Source: Fibrobacteria bacterium
GTDB taxonomy: Bacteria > Fibrobacterota > Fibrobacteria > UBA11236
Length of the DNA: 31,536 nucleotides
Direction of reading: 5' to 3'
Assembly (NCBI GenBank): GCA_041746255.1
Contig: JBGTHM010000108.1
Span: forward strand, 1-31,536
Numbering within the stretch: the stretch's first letter is position 1; the number at the start of each line of letters is the position of its first letter. The notes beneath the pieces were generated by a model. It did no database searches. It saw only the letters and a list, made by a program, of their open reading frames with translations, and was not told the DNA's origin. Below are positions 1 through 8,298 of this stretch, in pieces. The position numbers were made by a program, and so were the translations under genes.

Positions 1-937
1 CGGGCACGTCGACCTTGAAATCAACTATTGCGGAACCGCCCGCCGGAACCAAAGTAGTCTGTACATTCCTTTGATTCGGGATGGTACCGCCTTCCGTATA
101 GACCACGTCGAAAATCTCGCCAATTACGTGGAATGACGAAACCAGATTAGGGCCGCCGTTGCCGACGAAGAGGCGCAGGGTTTCACCGACCTGGGCTTTA
201 ACGGCATTATCGCCGGCCATGGCCCCGACCGCTCCGTTGAAAACCACATAATCCGCATCTTCCCTTACGGCTTTTTCCATGGAAAAGGCCTGCAGGCCAG
301 GCGCCCCATATTTTCCTTCGGTATAAAAATCGCTTTGCATGACATAGAATTCACGGTCAACTTTGGGAAGCCCGCCTTTGGGTTCCACAAAAATGAGACC
401 ATACATACCATTGGCGACATGCATGCCTACAGGCGCGGTGGCGCAATGATAAACATAAAGACCGGGGTTAAGCGCTTTGAAGGAAAAGACGGAAGTATGG
501 CCCGGCGCCGTAAAGGAGGCGGCCGCTCCTCCGCCAGGCCCCGTCACCGCATGTAAATCGATGTTATGCGGTACCTTGGAATCGGGGTGATTATGTAAAT
601 GGAATTCCACTTCGTCTCCTTCACGGATACGTATGAATTTTCCCGGAACGCTGCCGCCGAAGGTCCAGAATACATAGCGGGTTCCATCAACAATGGTTTT
701 TTCGACTTCGGTGACTTCCAGATGCACTACCATCTTGGTGGCATGCGTACGGGTAATGGGCGGTGGCACATTGGGAGCGTCGGTCAGAATCGCCACTTCC
801 TCTCCGACAATCCGGTCATCGGCGGGCGCCTGGGATTTCTTCTCGCCATTGTTGCAGGCCGATAGGGTTCCCGCCAGAGCAAAGGCAAGCCCCAGAGTGA
901 AAATTCGAAATGGAAGGGAAGTTTTAGGAAAAGACAT
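1..937 (-). CDS. nirK: Copper-containing nitrite reductase (AniA/clade II-type, lipoprotein), 3' end truncated by window edge
   Basis: Manual minus-strand translation from ATG at 937 (AAGGAG RBS upstream): [28 protein letters not shown] (lipobox LSAC)...[19 protein letters not shown]...[15 protein letters not shown]...[20 protein letters not shown]...[18 protein letters not shown]...QTTLVPAGG. The T1/T2 Cu ligand motifs and the SSFHVIG catalytic His motif are diagnostic. Not in the ORF track because the stop lies outside the window. Confidence 0.97.
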   Translation of the reverse strand, partial: MSFPKTSLPFRIFTLGLAFALAGTLSACNNGEKKSQAPADDRIVGEEVAILTDAPNVPPPITRTHATKMVVHLEVTEVEKTIVDGTRYVFWTFGGSVPGKFIRIREGDEVEFHLHNHPDSKVPHNIDLHAVTGPGGGAAASFTAPGHTSVFSFKALNPGLYVYHCATAPVGMHVANGMYGLIFVEPKGGLPKVDREFYVMQSDFYTEGKYGAPGLQAFSMEKAVREDADYVVFNGAVGAMAGDNAVKAQVGETLRLFVGNGGPNLVSSFHVIGEIFDVVYTEGGTIPNQRNVQTTLVPAGGSAIVDFKVDVP

Positions 938-1009
938 GATTATACTCCTTGAGTTTAATTCGCATTGCGAGACTCGATTTCCAATCTCAACACACATACC
1001 GTATACCAA

Positions 1010-1025
1010 AGCAAAAATCCGGCCA
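1010..1025 (-). promoter_or_regulatory. Sigma-54 (-24/-12) promoter for nirK
   Basis: Minus strand reads TGGCCGGATTTTTGCT: GG-N10-GC with TTGC at -12, about 70 bp upstream of the nirK start. Confidence 0.7.
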
Positions 1026-1055
1026 CACTTTAAAAGATAACCGAACATCTGATCC

Positions 1056-1075
1056 AAAAGACAAATATGTCCATT
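1056..1075. promoter_or_regulatory. Operator-like box, copy 1 (GAY-N6-RTCCATT)
   Basis: AAAAGACAAATATGTCCATT aligns with the copies at 1263-1282 and 6671-6690. Confidence 0.55.
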
Positions 1076-1144
1076 AAGAGGCGATTCAAGCCATCGAACT
1101 CCGTTGAATCCCCGAATGCGCTTTATATCAGCCTTTGGCATCCT

Positions 1145-1169
1145 GAATGGCCCAATTTTCTGGCCATTC
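1145..1169. promoter_or_regulatory. Perfect 8-bp inverted repeat, candidate upstream activator site for a sigma-54 enhancer-binding protein
   Basis: GAATGGCC-N9-GGCCATTC lies about midway (~130-145 bp) between the two divergent -24 elements. Confidence 0.45.
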
Positions 1170-1262
1170 TGTCAATTATAAGCTCAAAAACCCGGCATTT
1201 TGGCAAACGATAAATAGCCTCGTTCGCGGTTTTTCATCTTATTATCACAGACATGGAAAGTA

Positions 1263-1282
1263 TATGGATTAATATATCCATT
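1263..1282. promoter_or_regulatory. Operator-like box, copy 2 (palindromic ATGGAT-N6-ATCCAT)
   Basis: TATGGATTAATATATCCATT has perfect 6-bp arms and sits about 20 bp upstream of the -24 element at 1303. Confidence 0.6.
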
Positions 1283-1301
1283 GATGTCACCCGCGCGTTT
1301 C

Positions 1302-1317
1302 CGGCATACCGATTGCT
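1302..1317 (+). promoter_or_regulatory. Sigma-54 (-24/-12) promoter for the bd-like oxidase cluster
   Basis: CGGCATACCGATTGCT closely matches YGGCAYR-N4-TTGCW, ~55 bp upstream of ATG 1371. Confidence 0.75.
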
Positions 1318-1370
1318 CGGAAAGCATGGAATAACTCTACCCTCTTCAAGCCAGGACAGGATCGCTTGAT

Positions 1371-3443
1371 ATGCTAGACAAAGGAATTATCGGATTGACG
1401 GGCCTTATGTTTCTGGCTTTAGGGTTGCTGACGCCCTCTCCGGCAACGGCGGAAACCCAAATCCATCCGCTCATCGAAAAGAGCAATTGCCTGGCCTGCC
1501 ATCAGATAAGTGGCAAAGCGATAGGTCCGAACTTTTCCGAAATAGCTTTAAAGTACGGCAAACAAGATTCCCGGAAATTACTGGAAAAAATCCGGGACGG
1601 AGGCAGTGGAACTTGGGGAGCCATCCCCATGCCCCCCCATCCGCAACTTTCCGAATCCGACCTGCAAGCGATGGTCGAATGGATTCTGGCTTTAGGCGAG
1701 AAATCAGCCCCGGCGGTCGCCAAATCCCCCAGGCTGGGAACCAAACCCGGGGAAATGATTGAATACCGGCAATTTCCCATCATTGGAAGCCGGGTGGCGA
1801 TTTGGATCCTGGCCCAGTTGCATCTCATGTTTGCCGCCTTCGTACTCGCCGTCCCCATGTTTGCCTTGATAATCGAATATATCGGCTACCGCACCGGCGA
1901 AAAGCGTTATGACCAACTCGCCCATGAATTCACCAAACTGCTTTCGACTTCCTTTTCCTTTACGGCCGCATTGGGAACCCTGCTCACCTTCATGCTTTAC
2001 TTTCTCTATCCGAAATTGATGACGTATCTGACTTCCATTTTCGGTTGGACTTTCCTGCCCTACGTTCTCCTGTTTTTCGGGGAGGCGGTTTTCCTCTATT
2101 CCTACTACTACGGCTGGGGAAAGTTCAGTCCCCGAATCCACCTCGCTTTGGGAGTAGGCCTCAACCTTACCGGTATCGGAATCCTTTTCATCGCCGACGG
2201 ATGGCTGACCTTCATGAATACTCCCGGCGGGGTGACTGAGACGGGTGAGCTGCTCTCGACCTGGGATGCCGTCAACAATTACACCTGGATGCCCATCAAC
2301 ATCCATCGCCTGATCGCCAACGTGGCTTTCGGCGGCTCCATTGCGGCCGCTTACGGGGCGTATAAATTTCTGGGAGCCAAAACCGACGAAGAGAAGGCCC
2401 ATTACGATTGGATGGGTTATATGGGCAACTTCATCGCAATCGCAGCCCTGCTCCCCCTCTCCTTTGCGGGGTATTGGCTGGGTAAGGAAATCTACGCCTA
2501 CTCCCAGAACATGGGCATGACCTTAATGGGGGGCGCCTTTTCCTGGCTATTCATCATCCAAGGGGTACTCATCGGAGTTCTCTTTCTCGCCGCCAACTAT
2601 TACCTGTGGCTTGGCATGGGCCGCATACAGGGGGCTGAACGATTCCGCGGTTTCATTAAATGGTTGCTGGCCGTGATTACCATTTGCTTTATCGTATGGG
2701 CCACACCGCATTCCCTGATCGCCACCGTGCAGGAGGCGAGAGCCATGGGAGGCTCCCACCATCCCTCGCTGCGGGTTCTTGGAGTGATGTCGGCCAAGAA
2801 CACGGCCGTGAACATTCTCATTCTCACCACTTTCGTCAGCTTCCTGCTCTACCGCAGGGGAAACAAACAGGCTACGGTATCCTGGGCAAGATACGGCAAC
2901 TATGCCCAGTTCGGAATTTTCGCGGGGGTCTCCCTCTTCGTGATTTTTCTGGGAGTTTACGGCTATTTCGTGGAAGCGGCCGTGCGCATCAAGCTCTCCA
3001 TCCCGCAAGTGTTATCGGTACTTTTCGCCATGGTATCCGTTACGATATTGGACATAGCGTTGTTTCACAAGGCGAAGATAACCGGTGAAATCAAATGGGG
3101 AAGCATGCCCAGGAGAGCGCAATACGCCCTGTTTCTCATCGCCATCACTTTCACCTGGATCATGGGGCTCATGGGATACGTGCGCTCGGGAATCCGTCAG
3201 CATTGGCATGTACATGGCATCATGCGCGACACATCGCCCGAGGCCTATACGCCCACCTTGGGATTCGCCGCCAATGTGGTTTCCATCACCGTAATGATGT
3301 TTTTCGCCTTGATTTCCATCGTCTTTTGGCTGGCCAGCCTTACCGGCCGGAAAAATTGGAGCCCGCCTCCCATAAGCGGAATGGCTCCGCCGCCCGGAAT
3401 TTCCTTGCAAGCCATGCCGAGCGATAAGGAGGCTGCGCATTGA
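1371..3443 (+). CDS. Cytochrome c551/c552-like domain fused to a cytochrome bd-like (CydA-like) integral membrane oxidoreductase subunit
   Basis: Signal peptide, then a class I cyt c (CLACH...GPNF..IA.KY...GGSGTWGAIPMPPH), then many TM helices. CydA-equivalent motifs: QLHLMFAAFVLAVP (His19-like), FFGEAVFLYSYYYGW, IHRLIANVAFGG (His186-like), and RSGIRQHW in place of xExGRQPW. No recognisable Q-loop. Confidence 0.85.
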   Translation: MLDKGIIGLTGLMFLALGLLTPSPATAETQIHPLIEKSNCLACHQISGKAIGPNFSEIALKYGKQDSRKLLEKIRDGGSGTWGAIPMPPHPQLSESDLQAMVEWILALGEKSAPAVAKSPRLGTKPGEMIEYRQFPIIGSRVAIWILAQLHLMFAAFVLAVPMFALIIEYIGYRTGEKRYDQLAHEFTKLLSTSFSFTAALGTLLTFMLYFLYPKLMTYLTSIFGWTFLPYVLLFFGEAVFLYSYYYGWGKFSPRIHLALGVGLNLTGIGILFIADGWLTFMNTPGGVTETGELLSTWDAVNNYTWMPINIHRLIANVAFGGSIAAAYGAYKFLGAKTDEEKAHYDWMGYMGNFIAIAALLPLSFAGYWLGKEIYAYSQNMGMTLMGGAFSWLFIIQGVLIGVLFLAANYYLWLGMGRIQGAERFRGFIKWLLAVITICFIVWATPHSLIATVQEARAMGGSHHPSLRVLGVMSAKNTAVNILILTTFVSFLLYRRGNKQATVSWARYGNYAQFGIFAGVSLFVIFLGVYGYFVEAAVRIKLSIPQVLSVLFAMVSVTILDIALFHKAKITGEIKWGSMPRRAQYALFLIAITFTWIMGLMGYVRSGIRQHWHVHGIMRDTSPEAYTPTLGFAANVVSITVMMFFALISIVFWLASLTGRKNWSPPPISGMAPPPGISLQAMPSDKEAAH

Positions 3444-4264
3444 AAAACTTCATGAACATCCTCTTATTCACCTTGTTGGTTACCGCTTTCTATACCTATG
3501 TGGGCCATATGGTACCCCAACAGGAATTCCATCCTCCCCAGGAATTGGAAATACGTCCCGATATGTCCACCGCCGAATTGGTGGAAGTCGGACGCGAGCT
3601 TGCCGCCGGAAAAGGAACTTGCATGGCCTGCCATACCCTCGGCAAAGGCGAGGGCGGGCGTTTTCCCGATCTGGAAAACATAGGAGTGAAAGCCGAGAGC
3701 CGGCGCCCGGACATGAGCTCCCTGGATTATCTGGCGGAATCGCTATACGAACCCGAAGCCTTCATCGTAGAAGGCTTCAACCCGGGCATGCCCGCCGTGC
3801 ATAAAGCCCCAATCAGTTTATCCGATGCCGAAATCATCGCCATTATCGCCTGGATGCAAACGCTGGGAGGAGAGGCAACCGTCGGCCTTTCCGCTACCCA
3901 TAAATACTCCGGGGCGTCAGCTCAATCAGAATCGCCGGTTGCCACCAAAGTTGCAGGAGAAAAATTTCTTGGGGTAGCCGCCGTCGATGGTCCTGGGGTT
4001 TACCAGAAATACGGATGCTCATCCTGTCATAGTATGTCCTCATCCGAAAGCCTGCTGGGTCCCTCTTTGGCGAATATCGGCAACCGTCTCACAACACCCG
4101 AACTCTATCGGGCCCTGCTGGAACCCGATGCCGTGGTAGCGGAGGGATACGCGCCGGGAGTAATGGCGGCCTCCTTGGCAGCCTCGGGATTTTATGAAAA
4201 AGCAACCGCCGGCGAATTACGCGTATTGGTGGAGTTCCTTTCAACCCGGAAAGGTGCACAATGA
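3440..4264 (+). CDS. Membrane-anchored diheme cytochrome c
   Basis: TTG start overlaps the upstream TGA, with an AAGGAGG RBS. N-terminal TM, CMACH and CSSCH motifs, and repeated YLAESLYEP/LYRALLEPDA..GY motifs typical of class I cyt c domains. Confidence 0.9.
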   Translation: MKNFMNILLFTLLVTAFYTYVGHMVPQQEFHPPQELEIRPDMSTAELVEVGRELAAGKGTCMACHTLGKGEGGRFPDLENIGVKAESRRPDMSSLDYLAESLYEPEAFIVEGFNPGMPAVHKAPISLSDAEIIAIIAWMQTLGGEATVGLSATHKYSGASAQSESPVATKVAGEKFLGVAAVDGPGVYQKYGCSSCHSMSSSESLLGPSLANIGNRLTTPELYRALLEPDAVVAEGYAPGVMAASLAASGFYEKATAGELRVLVEFLSTRKGAQ

Positions 4265-5073
4265 ATATCTGGGTTTTATCCGGCGTCATGGTCTTCTTGA
4301 TGGGACTGAGATTTTTCCGTCCGAACATACTCGCCTGGTTGACGGCGATATGGATTTCCTGCTTCATTTTTCTCCGCTATGGAATAGAACCGCCCGCCCC
4401 GGCCTCCATCGTCAAATTTTTCATGGCCATCATCACCGGGTCTTTGGCCCTATATGCAACGGCCGATGCCGGGCGAATGGACGAAGCCCTATCGTTACTC
4501 AAGAAATGGACCACCGAGCCGCGATATCGACGCCTATTGGCAATCGGAATCTTGGTGATTCCAGTTTTTCTGGGTTACGGCGCCTACAGACAAGCATCGC
4601 TCGGAGTCCAACCTCCTTCCTCCGGAAGAACCGTCCATCCGGCTCCTCCCGACGAAATCACTTTCAAGGGGAAGCGCATTGATCTGATAACCGGAGACAA
4701 CCCTTACCGAAAATTGGAGACCACCGATAAGGAAGCGTTCGCGAGCCACCTCGAAAATGGCCGGAAAATCTATTATCAAAACTGTGTCTTTTGTCATGGA
4801 GACAATATGGAGGCCGAAGGAAACTTCGCCCATGGGTTTGATCCGCTTCCGGCGAACTTTCTCCAGGCCACCACCATCGCCATGTTGGAAGAAAGCTACC
4901 TGTTCTGGCGTATCGCCAAAGGAGGCCCCGGGCTACCGGAAGCGGGAACGCCTTGGTTAAGCAGCATGCCGGCCTGGGAGGATCGGCTCAGCGAAGAGGA
5001 TATCTGGGATGTCATTATGTTCCTTTACGAATTCACAGGACATCGGCCCCGTGCCAAGGAGAATGTGAGATGA
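4261..5073 (+). CDS. Membrane protein (about 4 TM) with C-terminal monoheme cytochrome c
   Basis: ATGA overlap, hydrophobic N-half, CVFCH, and WRIAKGGPGLP..SMPAW with a distal Met. Confidence 0.88.
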   Translation: MNIWVLSGVMVFLMGLRFFRPNILAWLTAIWISCFIFLRYGIEPPAPASIVKFFMAIITGSLALYATADAGRMDEALSLLKKWTTEPRYRRLLAIGILVIPVFLGYGAYRQASLGVQPPSSGRTVHPAPPDEITFKGKRIDLITGDNPYRKLETTDKEAFASHLENGRKIYYQNCVFCHGDNMEAEGNFAHGFDPLPANFLQATTIAMLEESYLFWRIAKGGPGLPEAGTPWLSSMPAWEDRLSEEDIWDVIMFLYEFTGHRPRAKENVR

Positions 5074-6650
5074 GCCTGACGCAACGAATTGCAGTGAAAG
5101 GCCGTTGGCGTGGAAACATGATTTTGTCGCTATCCCTTTTAATCGTCATGAAACTATCCGTGGAAAACGCGGGCGCTGCCGATGCGAAACAACTTGAGAG
5201 AGGAAAGGCAATCTACGACGCGAAGTGCAGCCAATGCCACGGTTACGCAGGCGACGCCAAAGCGGTGGGTGCTGAATACAATCACCCCTTACCCCGCGAT
5301 TTCACTTACGGAGTCTATAAGATTCGCACCACCGAAAGCGGCGAACTTCCCACCGACCGGGATTTACGCAATATCATCCGCAAGGGAATGCCCTATACCG
5401 GAATGCCGCCATGGCCACGCTTGACCGATCAGAATCTCGACGACGTGGTGCAATACATCAAAACCTTCGCCGATGATTTTTCCGATTCGGTGATGACTCC
5501 CATCGAAATCGTCATTCCCAAGGCTCCCAAATATTCGGAGGAATCCGCCCGGAAAGGCCTGGAAATTTTTCGCGAAAACAAGTGCATGGATTGTCATGGC
5601 GAATTCGGACGAGGCGACGGAGAGTCCGCCCCCACTTTAACGGACGATTGGAATCAATTCATCCATCCCGCTAATTTGACCAAACCCTGGACCTTCAGGG
5701 GGGGCGCCGAGCGCGAAGACATTTACCGAACCATCGTAACCGGCCTGAATGGAACGCCTATGCCTTCCTTCGCCACCATCGAAGAGGAGGATCGCTGGCA
5801 TCTGGTGAATTATATCCATTCGCTCTCTCCGAACAAAAAGGCTCCCTATACCAACCTGGTACTCGGAGAATTTTCGGACGAGCCTTTGGACTTGGAGCGC
5901 GGGGACGAGCTTTTTAAGAATGCGACGCCATCCCTCTTTCCCGTGGTTGGTCAAGTCATTGAAGATCCCCGCAGTTTTCAACCGGCCGCAAATGCCATTT
6001 CGGTGCAGGCCGTTTACGACAGCACGCATGTCGCCATTCGTCTGTCATGGCACGATATGAGTGCGCAGCGAAAGGGTAGCAATACCCCGGTCACCCAAAC
6101 GGTTCGGAATGATTCGAGCGAACCGAGCGCGGTAATATCCAAAAACCCGTCCCAGGAGGTCTATTCCGATGCCGTAGCCTTGCAAATACCCCACAAGTCG
6201 CCCAGTGGCCGGGCATTGCCCTACTTCCTCTTCGGCGACGGAAAAAACCCCGTCGATATCTGGTTCGCTGACCTCGGAAAAGACTCTCCGCAAGGCTTCA
6301 TCGGCAAGGGAGCGTCCAACCTTACCGCAGCCGAATCAGACCTCCATATGCGAAGCGATTACCGTGACGGGGAATGGTCCGTCATTTTTAAAAGTCCGCG
6401 CCATCCCGAAAAAGGCATGCCTTTCCATCCGGAAGAATTCATCCCCATTGCGTTTTCTATTTGGGACGGATTTTCAGAGGAAACCGGCAATAAGCGAGGC
6501 ATCACTTCCTGGTACAACCTGTACTTGAAATCACCCGTGCAAACCTCCCCTTTCCTTCCGGCGGCGCGAAAGGCAGGCCTAGCCATGGGATTGCAAATCG
6601 TATTGCTTTTCGCGTTACGCCACCATTATCGACGCAAGGGTAACTTGTAA
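5070..6650 (+). CDS. Diheme cytochrome c with ethylbenzene dehydrogenase gamma-like (EB_dh/DOMON-like) domain and C-terminal TM anchor
   Basis: True start is probably ATG 5070 (ATGA overlap, AAGGAG RBS), not 4953. CSQCH and CMDCH. EB_dh-like motifs: VQAVYD..HVAIRLSWHD, SDAVALQIP, VDIWF, YRDGEWSVIFK, IAFSIWDG..ETGNKR. Confidence 0.85.
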   Translation: MSLTQRIAVKGRWRGNMILSLSLLIVMKLSVENAGAADAKQLERGKAIYDAKCSQCHGYAGDAKAVGAEYNHPLPRDFTYGVYKIRTTESGELPTDRDLRNIIRKGMPYTGMPPWPRLTDQNLDDVVQYIKTFADDFSDSVMTPIEIVIPKAPKYSEESARKGLEIFRENKCMDCHGEFGRGDGESAPTLTDDWNQFIHPANLTKPWTFRGGAEREDIYRTIVTGLNGTPMPSFATIEEEDRWHLVNYIHSLSPNKKAPYTNLVLGEFSDEPLDLERGDELFKNATPSLFPVVGQVIEDPRSFQPAANAISVQAVYDSTHVAIRLSWHDMSAQRKGSNTPVTQTVRNDSSEPSAVISKNPSQEVYSDAVALQIPHKSPSGRALPYFLFGDGKNPVDIWFADLGKDSPQGFIGKGASNLTAAESDLHMRSDYRDGEWSVIFKSPRHPEKGMPFHPEEFIPIAFSIWDGFSEETGNKRGITSWYNLYLKSPVQTSPFLPAARKAGLAMGLQIVLLFALRHHYRRKGNL

Positions 6651-6653
6651 ATT

Positions 6654-6669
6654 CGGCAAGGGAATTGCA
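6654..6669 (+). promoter_or_regulatory. Internal sigma-54 (-24/-12) promoter for the downstream half of the cluster
   Basis: CGGCAAGGGAATTGCA: GG-N10-GC with TTGCA, just after the 6650 stop in the only large intergenic gap of the cluster. Confidence 0.65.
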
Positions 6670-6670
6670 T

Positions 6671-6690
6671 AACAGACAATTTTATCCATT
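6671..6690. promoter_or_regulatory. Operator-like box, copy 3, overlapping the predicted transcription start
   Basis: AACAGACAATTTTATCCATT aligns with the boxes at 1056 and 1263. Confidence 0.55.
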
Positions 6691-6820
6691 TATATGCCAA
6701 GGGAGTGCCGGATGACCGCCCAAAAGACCCTCAAAACACCTTTTAGCCGCTGGCATGGGCTTTGATATGGAAAAGGAGGATGCCTTGCCGAAATCGAAGC
6801 ATGAAAAAGGAATACTTTAC

Positions 6821-7729
6821 ATGAAAACGGCGCTATTGGGAATTTTACTTTTTGCCACGGGAACGTTCGCCGGTTCGGAACTTTTACCTTCTTCCGTGAG
6901 GGGCGAAGGGGTATACCAAAGAGCCTGTGCGGCATGCCATGGCGACAACGGAGACGGCCAAGGCCCGGCGGCGAAATTCCTCGATCCCCTTCCACGCGAC
7001 TTTATTGCCGGTCAGTATAAATTCCGCTCCACACCCAGCGGAGAATTGCCGACGGATGCGGATCTGATCCGTATCGTGGAAGACGGTATTCCCCGTACCC
7101 AAATGCCCGGCTGGAAGCGGCTGCTCACACCCCAAGAAATTCATGACGTGGTGGCCTATCTCAAAACCTTCAACGCGGATTTCCAGGAATTCGGAGCCCC
7201 CGAGGCCATCACGGTTCCCACTCCCCCAGCGGCTTCTCCCGCCCTCATCGAAGAAGGCCGCATGGTTTACATGGTCATGGAATGCTGGGCCTGCCATGGT
7301 GGAAGCGGAAAAGGGAACGGCGCTTCCGCCAAGGGCCTTAAGGACGATGCGGGAAATAAAATCCTTCCCTGGAACTTGACGAATTTCCGCTACAAGGCGG
7401 GTAACGATCCCCATACACTTTACCGCACTATTTCCACCGGATTGAACGGAACCCCCATGCCTTCCTTCACGGGCGTATTTCTCTTCGAAGGAGGTCAATT
7501 CGACGCAGCCAAGTATTCCGAGGCCTATGGAGAAGAGGATATTCAATTACTGCGAGCGTATTTCCGTGCCCAACCCTCGTTGACCGCGCTGGAATCCATG
7601 ACCGATGAAGATCGAAAGCACCTGGAAGAAAAACGGAAATGGGCCCTGGTCCATTACGTCGGCTCTTTGCCCAAGAAGCCGAATCTGTTTCACCGGCTAT
7701 TCTGGGCGGACACGGAAGTGACCAAATGA
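6821..7729 (+). CDS. Periplasmic diheme cytochrome c (paralog of the diheme domain of 5070-6650)
   Basis: Probable start MKTALLGILL at 6821 (signal peptide). CAACH and CWACH. Shares PLPRDF..G.YK.R.T.SGELPTD.DL and TGLNGTPMPSF with the upstream protein. Confidence 0.9.
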   Translation: MKTALLGILLFATGTFAGSELLPSSVRGEGVYQRACAACHGDNGDGQGPAAKFLDPLPRDFIAGQYKFRSTPSGELPTDADLIRIVEDGIPRTQMPGWKRLLTPQEIHDVVAYLKTFNADFQEFGAPEAITVPTPPAASPALIEEGRMVYMVMECWACHGGSGKGNGASAKGLKDDAGNKILPWNLTNFRYKAGNDPHTLYRTISTGLNGTPMPSFTGVFLFEGGQFDAAKYSEAYGEEDIQLLRAYFRAQPSLTALESMTDEDRKHLEEKRKWALVHYVGSLPKKPNLFHRLFWADTEVTK

Positions 7730-7752
7730 CCCCTGGAAAGGAGATGAGAGTT

Positions 7753-8277
7753 ATGCAGTCATGGCTATTCCTTCTATCGCTAGGACTTGTCGGCTTGTTG
7801 CTGGCGGCATGCGTAGAACCTGTGGGGAGCGGAACCGGACTAACCGAAAGCGGGAGGCTCGCGGCAGCTCCCACTCCAATCGATACGGCAAACCCCGATC
7901 CGGTCGATCCCGGACCCGTGGATACCAATGCGCTCGCCGCAAACTTTTTCGCCAACCAGGTTCTGCCGATATTCCAGGAGAATTGCACCCAATGCCATTC
8001 GCCGGGATCACAGGGCTATAACTACACCAAATTGACCCTGGAACTCGATAAGGCTTATGCCGCCCTGGTGAACGTTCCTTCCACCGAAATGAAGGCGCCC
8101 CGGCCGGAAATGTTGTTGGTAAAACCCGGAATGCCCGACAGCAGCTTTCTCTACAATAAAATCGCGTTCGACAAACCGCTGGCCTTCGCCCGCATGCCTC
8201 TGCAGAAACCAAAACTTTCCGCTACCGATATCGATATCATAAAGAAATGGATCGAGGGTGGATCCCCGGAAAATTGA
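7753..8277 (+). CDS. Monoheme cytochrome c lipoprotein (planctomycete-cytochrome-c-like domain)
   Basis: AAGGAG RBS 9 nt before ATG 7753 (alternative start 7726). Lipobox LAAC and Pro-rich linker, then F..QVLPIFQENCTQCH...LVKPG.PDSS.L..KI...MP...LS..DI..I.KWI..G. Confidence 0.82.
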   Translation: MQSWLFLLSLGLVGLLLAACVEPVGSGTGLTESGRLAAAPTPIDTANPDPVDPGPVDTNALAANFFANQVLPIFQENCTQCHSPGSQGYNYTKLTLELDKAYAALVNVPSTEMKAPRPEMLLVKPGMPDSSFLYNKIAFDKPLAFARMPLQKPKLSATDIDIIKKWIEGGSPEN

Positions 8278-8298
8278 AGTGAAGAAGGAGTTATTGTG

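Noticed and set aside
335..1040. Plus-strand ORFs 335-556, 599-865 and 693-1040
   Set aside because: They lie antisense to the clearly conserved nirK frame and have no motifs.
1041..1300. FNR/DNR or NorR boxes in the divergent promoter
   Set aside because: I found no TTGAT-N4-ATCAA match and no convincing triple GT-N7-AC array by eye.
1371..3443. Calling this gene canonical cydA or norB
   Set aside because: It lacks the Q-loop, the GRQPW glutamate and a cydB partner, and has no heme-copper oxidase/NOR histidine motifs (e.g. WVVHLWVEG, HH pair).
4953..5069. N-terminal extension of the 565-aa ORF (likewise the 6755, 7639, 10135, 21910, 22430, 24947 and 26901 starts)
   Set aside because: These overlap neighbouring genes or promoters, or lack an RBS; downstream starts fit RBS position, signal peptides or stop-start coupling better.
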